A stretch of 64,000 nucleotides of DNA, from assembly GCF_009914755.1 (NCBI RefSeq), contig NC_060929.1. One strand, written 5' to 3'. Below the pieces are notes generated by a model, which saw only the letters and a list, made by a program, of their open reading frames with translations, did no database searches and was not told where the DNA came from. Below, one piece after another: positions 24,777-41,131 of the stretch. Within the stretch, counting starts at the first letter, position 1. Every line of letters begins with the position of its first letter. This DNA is from the human T2T-CHM13v2.0 reference genome, Homo sapiens. The translations under genes and the position numbers were made by a program.

Positions 24777-27700
24777 GTAAGTATGATGTCCAGCTGCCTA
24801 CCCCACAAGGGCTTTGGTCAGCCATTCCACCTAGAATTTGCTGTCTGGCTCCATCTGACTTTGGACCATTATCCCCTGAACATTATTTAAACCTCCTCCC
24901 TAAACTGGGAGCTCAGCTGGCTTGTTGTGGGTTTTTAAAGCATCATCATCTCAGAGGGAGTCGTTATTCTTAACATACTGCTTCTTAGCCTTGGTGATTT
25001 TTGATTTACTGTCCTGCTGAGATGGCTTTGGTGATAGCTATTGCCTGTGCTGGCTGCTAGGCATGAAAAGCAATTTCTGTAAGTTTTACAAACGTCCAGG
25101 GACTGTAGCAGCTCTGTGGCCGAGTTTGTTTCACTCATCTATGTTGTCTCGGTTTCCCTCCCCACTGACTATGTTGGAAATGTTCAATGCCAACTCCATG
25201 TCCACTTCCATAAGGAAGAGCCCCCAGGAGCCCTTTGTGTCTTCACATCCTCAAACCTTAGCATGACTATGACTTCTTGACAGAGACTATGAAAGAGAAG
25301 AACCCTTTTTGCTTTATTTTTCAGCATTGAGCACCCATAGTCAGGACAATTAGTTTGGGGGCTGGTTGTCTAGCCCTCCACAGAAACTAGGTCTACTCTG
25401 CTAGGATCAGAAAGTTCTCCCTCATGGTTTCAACCCCACATTGCTTCACATGCTTCCTTAGACTACCCCATAAATCTTGTCAACTAGCGCCTTTGCAGAA
25501 AGAATGTGAGGCCATGACCGGAACAGTTGGACTCTCAGGCTACAGTTATGTAAGACTCAGGAAAAACAGATGATTTTCCCATTCTCTAAGTGAAAATACA
25601 TTGAGGTTCAGCCACAGACTGTCTTCAGGGCAGTTGTTTCACGTGGGGAGACGCTAGCATGGCGGTGAGATGCTAGGATGTCGGTAACCTTTTCCTGCTC
25701 CTCCACATGCCATAGTTTCATGACAGCACCCTGCCATTCAATTGCTGTGAGATATTTACAAATCTGCAAAATGAGTCTGATAATTTCTGCCTTAGAAGAC
25801 ACTAAGGGCTATTAAATGCTTGGGAGGAGAGATGACTCCAAATGGACTTAAGAGGTACATAATAAAAATGTGACTATACTGTAGGATGAAATCTGAAACT
25901 GAGAATATAAGATCTTTTTAGTTGTTGGCAGCTTTAAATCATACTGATGTTCAGGAAGTTTAATTATTTGCCTGTTGAGTGGTAAATCACATGTTCCTTC
26001 ACCAAGAAGTGGACCAGTGCCTCAGGACCTCAAAATAATTGAATTTGTTTGGCTTATGGGCAGTGAGTCTCTTCCGGTTCTCCATGGCTGGGCTTGCCTA
26101 GGGAGCCTCCCTGCCTTGAGGTTTGACCTTCTCAGGTTCTCCTATACCCACTTTCCTAGACTTTAGGGAGATTCTATTTTCTTTACTTGTTTTTTTCTTC
26201 AGTTGGTTTAATTTTCTGTACCTAGCAGTTGCTGAAGTGATTCCTTGCTCTGTATGAGCAAGGTTGAATTTCTAGCCCAAGTTGCTTAACATCCCCTGAT
26301 TTTAGCCAGCCGCTACCAACTAGTGGTCTGTAATTTTCTTTTCAGTGGCTGGTAACTGTGGGCCCCTGAGTCACTGCTGAGTACAGTGTGTACAAAGAGG
26401 TTGCTTAAGCAGCTAAGTGGAAAAGGGGAGGTGTGTCTTTTAAACAGGTCCTGAGGAGAAGGCTTGGGATTTTTTGTTTTTTAGGTGTCTAGATACGATT
26501 TATTTTCATAACATCCTGGGAATCGCTCTGCCCACTTCACACCACCCAGAGGGACTGTTGCCTGCCTGGTACAGATCTGGGGGGCTTTCCTGGGGAAGGG
26601 AGGGTGATAACAGGAACGGTTCTAATTGTCTCTGGAGGAGAATTAGAAAAAGAAGTGTGGGTGTGCCTCCAACAAGACCACTGTCCTTCCAAGCTGAGTG
26701 AGTCGCTGATTGATACCTTTGGGTCTTGAGGTCAGGGAAGGTTGTTCCTGAGGTAGAAGCAGTACCAGCATCAGCCCTGATACCAGCGTCTGCCATGGCC
26801 CTGAGTGAGAGCCATGTCAAAGTCCCCCATAAGCTCTGCAGGCAGGCTCGCAGCCACTTCTCAAACCCCAGGCAGTGAGGTGATTTTCCTGGGATCCTGT
26901 CTCCCTGATATTTTCTGCCTGGGATTTGCTGGTGTGGATCATGCATGGCTGTTAGGCAGTCCTAACAAATGGACCCACAGTACTTTCCCTGAGCAATTTG
27001 ATTCTGAGAAATCTGTCGGCACACAGACGTGCCACGGTAACAATCACCTGAGACGACTTGGGTCTCAGCCTCAGGTGTGGACCCTTTTGTTCCCTCCATC
27101 GTTGTTGAGTTGGAAGTGTCCAGAGATCCTCCAGTGGGAACACTTAATGATGCAGATGAAAATAAAGAACAAAGGTGGGCTGGGAGGATTACCATTAACT
27201 TGACTATTAATTATGCATGAGGTAGGGAACCAGTCACCAGGAAGCTATCTGTTCTTTTTATTTCACTCCTTTATTTCACTATTTTTCATAATGACTGGGA
27301 TATCATTATGACCAGAGAGAAATCATAGTGAAAGAAACATGTTTGTTACTCATAATACAGTGGTACCTCTGATAATACATTTTGCTGTATTACTAATCTT
27401 TCCTAATTCTCCAAGGACATCAGGGCCCTCTTATTTACATGAATGTAATGCTAAATCAGGCATCAAAATTAGAGAGGCCATCATTCTACCTGTGCCAGGG
27501 CAAGGCTGCTGGGTTTAAATCTTTGGCAGGTCCTCAGCTTGACTCCTGAAGTAGCCATCTCTCCTGAAGAACAAAGGACAATTGGTAAGTCAGGACCAAA
27601 GTCCAGCTAGTCTGAAATTGTTAGCAACTGTGGCTGAACCTATTTTATGCCCAGACCCATGCATGCCAAGCTACCTGGGGTAAACCGGAATAAGAGGGTT

Positions 27701-28090
27701 CCTGTCTTCCCCAAGAGTTCACAGTCTAGCTAAGAAAGAAAGGCAGTGGCATATGGCAGTGCTAATGGGGACTTACAAGTCATAATGTGGTCAGAGTTCA
27801 ACCACTGTCAACTGAATATGTGGTGAGTGCACACACTAGGTCGAAGTAGTGGAAAAGGTCGGGTAGATGGAGTGTGAGGTGGGCATTAGGAAAAACTTAG
27901 GTGGATGGATGAAGAGCATTCCAGGTAAGAAGGATGAAGGAGGCAGAGATTATCCAGGATGGATAAATGCATTCTGCAGACATGTGTATTAGGGGAGGAG
28001 GGAGCTGGAATTCCTCTGGTACCACTACCACCAAAAAAAGACTTGAACAAACCTTTAAAATCAGGAGTCTTCACATAAAATTCAGATTTC

Positions 28091-29809
<1,719 letters not shown>

Positions 29810-29952
29810 AAATCCAGATTTCCAGCTTCTTTTGAAGTGTCAGAAGAGTTGGTTACACTAAACCTATGTGAAACTTGGGAGCAGATGATACTCTCTGGTC
29901 TCTATAATCTCACAGCTGGCCTGCTTCACTTTTATACCTAATGCCTGTAGGC

Positions 29953-30397
29953 CCATAGTAGATTAAAAATGGCCATAGAATCTTTGCAACCCCTCCCATT
30001 AAGAGCTGGAGCCCTTGAATCTAGGCTGACCTTTACCCTTTGACTTATTTTGGCCAATAGAATGTGGAGGAAGTGACATCATGTGCCTTCCCAGGCCCAG
30101 GCCACAATGCCTCACAGCTTTCTCTCTCATTCTCTTGGAACCCAGTCACCATGTAAAGAAGCCTGTTGTAGCCTCCTTAAAGATGACGGATTACTGGAGA
30201 GAGAAGCCCAGCTATCTCTCTCAGCGCAGCTCAGCATTGGGACCACCAGTCAGTTGAATGCAGCCACCTGGGTTAGTCAGGCAAGACCAGCCAAAGCTTC
30301 CCAGACAACCTATAGATTCATGATAAATATCACATTGTGATTATTGGAACCCAGTGAGTTTAGGGTGGTTTAATATGCAGTGATAGTAAACTGACAC
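29953..30397 (+). mobile_element. MaLR LTR (MLT1-like)
   Basis: GTAGATTAAAAATGGCC...TTTGGCCAATAGAATGTGGAGGAAGTGAC...TTAATATGCAGTGATAGTAAACTGACACA end. Confidence 0.75.
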
Positions 30398-31469
30398 AAG
30401 TCCTGTGAGTTTGTGACCGCGGAGTCATGGGCAGCTGTCTTGGGATGGGGCTGAGCTGTCTGCATGAATAGAAAGGTATGGAAGAGTCTCACTATAGTAT
30501 AGTGCAGCATGGAGACTAGCCTCTCGGTTTTCAGAATCTTCTTGGAAAGAAAACAACTTGTAACTGAGATTCTAAGAAATTTGGGAAACAAAATTTATGG
30601 CTAATGGCTGAGGCAAACAAGAAAGGTGGCTCAAATATTGGAATGGAAAGCAGGAAACCCTAGGTTTTAGTTCTGGCATCGACATTGCCTGGCTGATGAT
30701 ACTGGTCTCTGGACCTGAGCATGCCCACTACCACCATCTTCCACTGTCTCTGGTGGAAGAAATGGGGCTGATCCACCTCCAAGGATGAGGGTCGTTCAAT
30801 GGGTGCTTACTGAGGGCTGCAGAAATAAATCATTCTCTCCTTCCACAGTGACCAGTGGGGCATCATGCCAACTCCTTTCTGGGAGAGAGTGATTTTAAAG
30901 GAGGAAGTAAACAAATGCTGAGAAAGAAGTCAGGGAATGCCCCACCAGGGACATAACATGCTGCAGTAATTTCCCCAAATTAGAAACTACTAGGTAAATG
31001 CCTTCTTTAGACCACAAAGATTGAAAGATTGAAAGAAAGCTAGGAGGGCTGGGATGATTACTGCAATGATGGAACCCAACCTTGGAGTTCTCTCTGCCTA
31101 AGTGGTCCCCACCCCTAAAAAATAACTAACTGCTCAGTAGCCTCATAAATAAAACTAATTTTTCTCGTCCTTCTGTCTTAACACACACGCTCATGCATTT
31201 CCAAGTTATTTCTGGTGACCTAAAAGACGCACGCATGCCAAACGCCTGCAGATTCTGCCAGAGTCAACCTTCTTCTCCTGTCTTAGTGGCCAGAGAACAG
31301 TCCCTGGAATTCAAAGGAAAAACAAGGCCTGCGTCCAGACAGAGTTGTTTCTCTGAAACATTGCTGGCTTCTTCTGAGTTTGATTCAGCTGTTCTCTGAT
31401 GAAATTCAGGGAAAACTTGCCTTCAGAGATATCTCTCAAATTTTACTAATCTTCCACTTTAGTTGGTCA

Positions 31470-31800
31470 ACATTCATTCCACAAATGTCAATTGAACTCC
31501 TACTGTGGGCCTGGTGGTGGTCTGAGTGCTGAAGATACAGTGATTTAAAAATATTAAAAAAAAAAAAAGAGTTTCTGCTTTCATGGATTTTATATTCTAG
31601 TGGAGACAGGAGATAAATCAGTGTTTAACACAGTATGTCACACAGTATATTGAGAAGTCCCAGGGAGAAAACTAATGGAGAACCAAGGAGATAGGGATTT
31701 GGAGGAGAAGGAGGCAAGTGACTTTAGCTCTCTGTACCTCAGTTTTCTCATCTGTAAAATAGTGTGATCATAACCTCCTCAAATAGGTGGCATGAAAATT
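31470..31800. mobile_element. L2(-) relic followed by MIR(+) core
   Basis: CATTCATTCCACAAATG...TGCTGAAGATACAGTG, then CTCTCTGTACCTCAGTTTTCTCATCTGTAAAAT. Confidence 0.6.
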
Positions 31801-33817
31801 AAGATCATCTTTTACTTACGTATTTTAGTACTGTGTATGGCAATTAATAGTATTATTTTGGAGGGCTCCCCCCACAAACTGTCCTTACTTTTTCTCCAGT
31901 CCCTCAGCCATGGTATGTATTTTTCCTGTGCAGAGAAATGTCCCAGGCTGTCCCACTCACCTTCCCCCACCAGCCTCCTACCTTGAATCTGAGACTGGAG
32001 CTATAACTCAGTCCAGGCTTTAAGTGATCAGTGAAGAGGAGGAAGGAACTTCTGCTGTAGAGGCAGGTGCTACCCCTCCTTAAAGCAAGACCAGCTAGGG
32101 TAGACACGCCACACCCTGTTCCTGAAAGATTTGGAAACCTCTGAATCCCACAGGGTACCTGATAATTGTGTGCATAGCTGTTATTTATTGAGACCAAATG
32201 AATGGCAAAATGAATAATATGCATTAGACAAGTGATAATTCATAGCATTTTTTTTTTTAAAAAGCAATTTTACCATCCCCATGCTATTTTATGCCAAAGG
32301 GTTACACCCAAACAGGCTGCTATGCTTTTACTAGAATTGTCTCTATTTGTCATCCTTTGGAATGTGGGGCTTTGAAAGAGGAAGTTTTCCTCTGTGGCTG
32401 GATCAACTTTTTGTGGAGAAGGATCTTTCCTTTTAGATGGAGAATTCTGTTTCTCACCCACCTCCAAGCAGAAAAGATCTCTTCAGACCGATTTGCCTGA
32501 AAAGTTGGTGACATTCCCCACCTTTGGAAATAACCTGAACGCCTCATTGTTTTCAAAAGGATTCATTTGCCCCTCCTTGCTCCCCACAGTGCCCTTGGGG
32601 ATTCCAGCTTACTTACTCGTTCATTGTTGTTTCTTGGACATGCCAGATACCCTCCCTCTGTCACCTCAGGCTCCTGGGCTGTGGAGGCCACAGCTCTGCC
32701 CTGTAACTAGGCCACGTTTCCTTGACATTTTCAGTTTGTTACTGGTGTGACCCATTTTCTGAGTGGCTTCATGTCCACTTTTCTCTTTCCCTAAGCAAGA
32801 TCTCACTCATCAATCGGGAGCCCAGCTGGGCTTCCCTTGGTTGAGGGTGGAAATTCCTGCCTTCATCCAATTTTTATGAGATAAATGTGTTGGTTATTAG
32901 TGGTGGTTCTTCTTTTTTAAAATATAAAAATTGCTTGAGACAGACCTCACACTTGGTGACCCAGCAGGGTTTCTTTCCCAAGCACCAGGGACCCATCGGT
33001 GGCACTTGGATCTCTACAGCCTGTCAGCAGAGGGGGTATGGGAGGAGGTAAGGGCAGAGCGCCGTTTGAATGCCTAGCCACATCCCTGTTTTCCAGCAGA
33101 GTGGAAATCACAAATGGAAAAATGTTTTCCTTTACACATATTGTTCTGTTCTTTTCTCCTGTACAAGCTAAAATCATATAAAGGGTCTGTATTTTTTCTA
33201 TAAACTTATAAATCTTGCTAAATAACCTAAAACAGTTTCCAAAAATTGCCCTGACATACACAGTACATGCTTAAAGCTTTGGAGTTTAATTAAAGGTATG
33301 AATGACTGAATTTCATTTTGAATTTAGCTGCCCTCAAATGCCTTATGACACTGTATTTTATTTGTGTAAGTGTTAGGCATTTTAAATCTCAAATTTTTGG
33401 TAGAATATTTGGGAAGGAAATAGGCTTAAGATTTCGCATGGCTTTTTCAACATTGTTATGCCTGTGAGGGAACTTTGAAGGAAATCTAAAGTGTTATTTT
33501 TCTTATTTAGGATTAGATTAGAATTGTTTCTACCTCTGTGTATTTAATCTGAGGGATCTTATTCGTAGATTCAGATTCTAAATTGGGTAAATTAAAAGTA
33601 CATTAGAGTTCAAGTACTGCTTTTGAAACCTTTTTTAGTCAATCTGGAAAGCAGATGCTTACTTAGCTAGGAAAGCATTCCTAGTTGGAAACAGCCTTAG
33701 AATCTTGTTTTTAACTCCTTCTCTGCATTAGGGATCTGGAAAGCCAGGCAGGATCAACCATAGGCTTCATTTGGTCTCTGTTACACTGGTCTTCCAAGGC
33801 AGACCCTTAGCTCTGTG

Positions 33818-34007
33818 CACTGGTTCTCAGAGTGTGGTCCTGGGACCAGCATCATTGGTGTTACCTGGGAGCCTGTTAGATCTACAGAATCTCAGGCCTC
33901 ACCCTAGACCTATAGGATCAGCATATTCTGGAAGGAGGGCCCTGCAATCTGTGTTTTACCAAACCCTGCAGATGATTCTGATACATGCTCAAGTCTGAGA
34001 GCCATAG
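33818..34007. mobile_element. MER5A-like DNA transposon relic
   Basis: CACTGGTTCTCAGAGTGTGGTCC...ACCTGGGAGCCTGTTAGA...CAGAATCTCAGGCC...GATTCTGATACATGCTCAAGTCTGAGAGCCA. Confidence 0.8.
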
Positions 34008-34482
34008 TGCATAGTGATCTAGTGCGTTAAGCTCATGGACTTCCACCAGAATAAAATCAGGACTTACCTCAGTGTAAAGCTCTCAGGGCCAAGCCTGTGT
34101 CATCACCAGCACCCTATGATTGTCTGTGCAGTGATGACAGTACTGGGGCTTAACTGAGCTCTGCCCGTGGCCTTTGGGATCAGTCACAGCTTATATAGCT
34201 GAGGAGGGATGGGTTTGCTTTTCACAGGAACCTATTAGCTCACCAGGGCTGCACTTTCCATCTCCCCCCAAAAGCCCAGTCAGCTGCTTCGCAAATGCGT
34301 GCCTGTTGGTTACAAATCAAGACAGGGTGGGTGCATCAATTAATCAAGCCAGTAGATGTTTTTATTGTTTATCTATTGTGTGTGTAACATGAAAAGATCA
34401 AGATGCTGGTATTGACAGAAAAATAGCTCTCAGGCTATGTGATACTGAAGGTGATGGATGAGCATCGGCGTGGACAGATTAG

Positions 34483-35037
<555 letters not shown>

Positions 35038-35269
35038 TTCTAAATCGACATTCTACTTTTGAGGGGGGAAAATGTATTTCTCATAATGGATGGCATTACT
35101 ATGGTAGAGATCCTTTCAGAGAACAGAGATTTTGTTTATATATAAGTGTATGGCCACAAATAGCTTTCCGAAGACTGAAATGGGTTATAGGGTTATATCA
35201 CGTGAAAAGCATTGGTAAGCTTTAGAATCTGGGGCAGGGCAAAGCCTGTGTGGCCTGATTGTGGATCTA

Positions 35270-35490
35270 CCAGGGTCAAGCCTCAGCTCTGCCATTTCCT
35301 AACTGTGTAAACTTGGGAAAGTTATTTGCTATCTCTAAGCTAAACCTCTTCAGTGAAATGGTAGCAATAATAATAATACCTACTTTCAAGGTTATAAGAT
35401 AATGCCTTCCTAACACTTAGTAAATGGCCTCGTTCAGAGTATCAATCAATAAAACCAATCAATAAAAATTGGTTTCTACTATTATTTTTA
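35270..35490 (+). mobile_element. MIR SINE relic
   Basis: CAGCTCTGCCATTTCCTAACTGTGTAAACTTGGGAAAGTTA...ATAATAATAATACCTAC. Confidence 0.7.
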
Positions 35491-36315
35491 TTCCTTCTTC
35501 TTATTTGCTCTCAGACTGCTCCCCCTACCAATGAACAAACCCCTAGTGTTGATTTCTTTCCGTGGTGGCAGTGGATGGACACTCAATGTTTACTTTTGTT
35601 TATTTGTTTGATCCTGATGTAACATAAAGCAACCCAGATTAAAAACATTGATATAATTTTAAAAAGGAATTAAAATACCCCAAATTAAATTAACTATAAA
35701 TAATAAAATACACTGAAATCAATAGAAGTGCTCCTCTTCCAAGACAGGCATCGAACTGTTTACACAAAGAGCGTTGGTCAAAGCCCCCTACCCTATTGTT
35801 CCTCCGTTGGGTGGAGCCAACTGGAAACTACGCTGATTAGGCTAGAAACTAATTGCAATCTCAACTCTCCACTGGGGAAGAATTTAGCCTCAGGAATTCC
35901 TCTCCAGCCTAGGACTCTGTGTTGATTTGACTGTCATTATGGCAAAAGGGAAAAGAGCTTCTGAAAAAAAAATTATCTGGAAATGTAGCATCTTAGTCAT
36001 TCACTGCATTTGCACTATCAAATTCTCTTCTAATATCTATCACCTTCCTTCACAAGGAAGCAGTGGAGTTCTCACTAAGACATTGCTTTAATGTTCCTTC
36101 TAATATTCTTTATGAAGTAAAGGCAGCTGGTGATGGGGCTATTCCCTGGCTGTTGTCAAAAATACTCAGAAAAGGGATAAAATAGCTGCATTACAGACTA
36201 CCCTATTACCTCTTGTTGCCCTATACAGGAGAAGCCTTGTCTTCAGGGAAAACCAAGATGTTATTGTCCACAAACAAACAAACAAACAAAGGCAAAGGTG
36301 TTCATTCAAGGTTGA

Positions 36316-36760
36316 TGTATTAGGATCCTAAGAAGAAACTTTGGTGCATTCAAAATAACATAACTCAAGGAGGGTTTATTAACAAAAGAGTTGGTGCCGA
36401 GGAATCACAAGAGATAGTAGAGTAAGCCAGGGCTAGCAGCTGCTGCCCAGTCACCACCCTTAGCTGAGAGAACATGAGAGGAAAGTGGTACAGGAACCCA
36501 GAAGGATATATGAGTTGGTGTCTTGACAGGAGCAGTGACCTTCAGTCAAGGGACACAGCCAGACCTTTCAGAAATGGAATAAATGCCTTGGCCCTCTCCT
36601 TCCCCCTGCTAGTCTAAAGAGCTCCCCATTGGTGAACCCAACAGGAAGCCCGAGGTTGCAAAAGCCCTGTTGAAGAAATCCATGCTGGTTAGATCCCAGA
36701 GAAGAGATCAGGGTAAAGATTGTGTCTGGAGAGGCAAATTAATGATGTCCAAAGAGTGGA
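36316..36760 (-). mobile_element. Old LTR (MaLR/ERVL-like)
   Basis: TGTATTAGGATCC start, AGGGTTTATT (AATAAA on the - strand), CCCCATTGG...CAACAGGAAGCC. Family uncertain. Confidence 0.45.
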
Positions 36761-36929
36761 AACAGCAGGAATAGCTATCAATAAAGGACGGCCTAAATAA
36801 ATAGTAGAGTTGAGTACTATCCAGTACAACAGAGGAATTAGGTAGTTCTGTATGTGCTGGTCTAGAGCTGCCTTCAAAGGCACATTAAAGGGGGAAAAAA
36901 TGGTGCAGGACAGTGTGCAGCTGTGACTC

Positions 36930-37104
36930 TCAGTCCAGATGGCACATCAGCACCACATGGGGAGCCTAAAATAAAAATTACCAACATCTAGGCCCCTTCC
37001 CTGGAGCCTCAGAGTTAACTGATCTGATGTAGGGTCTGAGTGGTGGTATGTTTCTGAAGCCTCCCAAGTGATTTTGATATGCATCTAGATTTGAAAACCA
37101 TCAG
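36930..37104. mobile_element. MER5-like DNA transposon relic
   Basis: CACATCAGCACCACATGGGGAGC...AAGCCTCCCAAGTGATTTTGATATGCA...TTTGAAAACCATC. Confidence 0.6.
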
Positions 37105-37446
37105 TGTACATTATATGATACTATTTTATATAAGAATCCAGGGATATAGACACAGGATTTATAGACACACATGGGTGGGTGTAATATCTGTAATATTTCT
37201 GGGAAGATACAGGGGAATGAATCTGTGTGGTTTTCCCTGAAGGAGGCAGATGGGATGGTGATCTGTGGCGGAAGGAACACTGCCTTTTCATTTTAACACT
37301 ACCCTCTTGTGGTATGGGATTTTTTTTTTTTACATGTGTGTGCATTGATTGTTTAGCTTCAAAAACTCAGAAATACATTTGCTTGGTTTTGAAATGACCA
37401 TTCATTCATTCTCTTAAAGCTTTGGAACATGTCTTAGTGAGAAAAG

Positions 37447-38172
<726 letters not shown>

Positions 38173-38398
38173 TGGTATATTTTAAGTGAAAATGAAATTA
38201 AGGCCATTGGTCATTGAATCATTCCATCAATGGCCAAATGGCTCCCTCTCTCCAGGCTGGCCTCGCCCAGGGCTCTGTGTCAGTGTAGTAAGTGGTAACT
38301 GTTGGCACAGCAGAAGAAATCACATATGGAGTTAACTGAGCTCTCGCTCAGGAAGCTGAGTAGAACCAGTTAGACCCCAGCCTCTGGGCTATTTCAGA

Positions 38399-38704
38399 TT
38401 TTTTTTTTTTTTTTTTTTTTGAGATGGAGTCTCTTACCTTGTTGCTCAGGCTGGAGTGCAGTGGAGCGATCTCAATTCACTGCAACCTCCACCTCCTAGT
38501 TTCAAGTGATTCTCATGCCTCAGCCTCATGAGTAGCTGGGATTACAGGCACGCAGCACCACACCTGGCTAACTGTTGTATTTTTAGCAGAGACGGGATTT
38601 TACCGTGTTGGCCAGACTGGTTTCAAACTCCTGACCTCAGGTGATCCACCCGTCTTGGCCTCCCAAAGTGCAGGGATTACAGGCATGAGCCACTGCACCC
38701 GGCC
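38399..38704 (-). mobile_element. AluSx-like, antisense
   Basis: CCTGACCTCAGGTGATCC diagnostic. TSD TCAGATTT. Confidence 0.95.
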
Positions 38705-39667
38705 TCAGATTTCCTATTAAAATTAGGGAGCCCTAACTTAAGAAACCAGAAAGTCAATGTTAACATTGAGCAGCTACTCATGAACTCCTCCTCCAGCCCC
38801 CAACCAACATTGTGAAATGTAAGTAGTTCAATTATGTTGAGCTATATATAGTTCTTTCACCTGATCTTCATCTGTCATTCTCCATCTGCTATCTACCCAA
38901 TTTCCTTTGAAAGCTCCATTTTAAAGCAGAATATATAATGGAAAAACCTTAACTCCTGACCTTTATGGAGATTTACTAGAGTTACTCAATAATAATTAGC
39001 AGTTGCCCTGGTAAGCTCAGACTTACTGCTTAAATCACCCATATTTGTCACCATCCCCTGCCTGTAGGACAATAAGATCACCTGCTTTGTGCTAATGAAA
39101 ATTGGGACATTTTAGTAATTTTATAATCCTTTTCAGCTTCTGTTGTAAGGGTAGAAGTGATATTGTTTGTGATTATGCTAAAAAGAGGCTTTTTGTTTTG
39201 TTTTGTAGTTACCAAAGCAGTGAGATAGAAATCATTCTGGGTTTTGAGCAAATTGGAAAGCCCTGTTCAGTCTATTTTGTTTACCACTGTATTGAAAACC
39301 TTCAAAAACTTAAGTAGGTGAAACTTGCAGACTAGAATTTAAGGATGATGGCCCTGAGATAGAAAAGGAGAATGAAATTGGCAAGTCTGTCATCATATCA
39401 GACGTCACAGACAAAGATGAGTAAAGCCCACTAACTCCAGCACTTTGACTTGCGCAATGCTGCTGGAAGGTTGGTAAATCCAAAGCTGAAGCACAAGAGA
39501 GATTTCTTCAAATGAATGTGTTGGCTTCTGCTCTGTCTCGGGGGAAGCCTGCATCCCCTCTGTAGCATCCATATACTGTGCCTTACAGCATAGACCTCAT
39601 GGTAGCATGGTAGGAGCTCCATATAACTCTGCTTCTTCTGGAGGAGAAACAGACACTCTACTCCCAA

Positions 39668-39692
39668 ACACACACATACACACACACACACG
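39668..39692. repeat. Interrupted (CA)n microsatellite
   Basis: ACACACACATACACACACACACACG read directly. Confidence 0.9.
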
Positions 39693-40232
39693 CAATCCCC
39701 TTTCCCATTTTTCCCTTGATCCTTTGCGTGGAAGTAGAATTAGAGGAAATATGTCCTTAGTCATCCCATGACAGCACTTAAAATGTTCAGCTGTCACAGT
39801 GAAAATAAACTGGCAAGAAATCAGAAGTCAAGAAGTGGAGTCATGGGAATCCTGGACATGCTAATCCAATAGAGACAAGATCTACATGTTAGTGATGGCC
39901 ATGGCCAAGGTAATCATCCCAGACAGCAGTCAGACTCTGCATTATCCCAAGAGAAGACTACAAACATTTCATTTCATATGAGGAAATAAACACCCACCAA
40001 TTGCCCTTACTGCCCGCTTTCCCCTTCAGCCTCAGTGGAACGCAAACTTATTTTCATCTAATGTTTCCCTTTGGAGTATGGCACCAACTGTTGAATATTT
40101 GCTACTGTAGCCTAACTGCTCTCTGGAGCACTCACTAATATCAGCATCCAGAATCGGCCAGCTCTGACAGACAGTCCCTTCCCAGTCAGTGAGCAAACAC
40201 GCATTGAATGCTTAGTGTTTAAGACACTATTC

Positions 40233-40508
40233 CAGGGTACAGTGGCCCACACCTGTAATCTCAGCACTTCAGAAAGATCACTTGAGCCCAGGAATTTAAG
40301 ACCAGCCTGGACAACATGACATACCATCTCTATTAAAAAAAAAAAGTTAGCTGAGTGTGGTGGTATGCGCCTGTGGTCCCATCTACTTGGGAGGCTGAGG
40401 GGAGGATTGTTTGAGTTCAAAAGGTCAAGGCTGCCATGAGCTGTGATTGCACCACTGCACTCCAGCCTGGGTGACACGGTAAGACCTCATCTTAAAAAGA
40501 AAAAGAAA
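40233..40508 (+). mobile_element. AluJ-like with a left-arm deletion
   Basis: Perfect TSD AAGACACTATTC at 40221-40232 and 40509-40520. The GGGAGGCCGAGG segment of the left arm is missing. Confidence 0.93.
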
Positions 40509-40738
40509 AAGACACTATTCGAGGCACTGTGAAAAAGACTAAAATATACTCTCCTTGCTGCTGCTCAGATGAGGGAGATCAGATCTACGTATGTGGGGGA
40601 GCATTGCTGCCAATGCAAGATACATTTTAAGTGGTAAGTGAGCAGTTGGGTCATTTACTCAAAAATATTTATGGTTGAATGAAGGATCTTGGCAATTGTA
40701 GGCAGGGTTTCCAATAATTTCCCTAGTTCATTTTCTAG

Positions 40739-41131
<393 letters not shown>

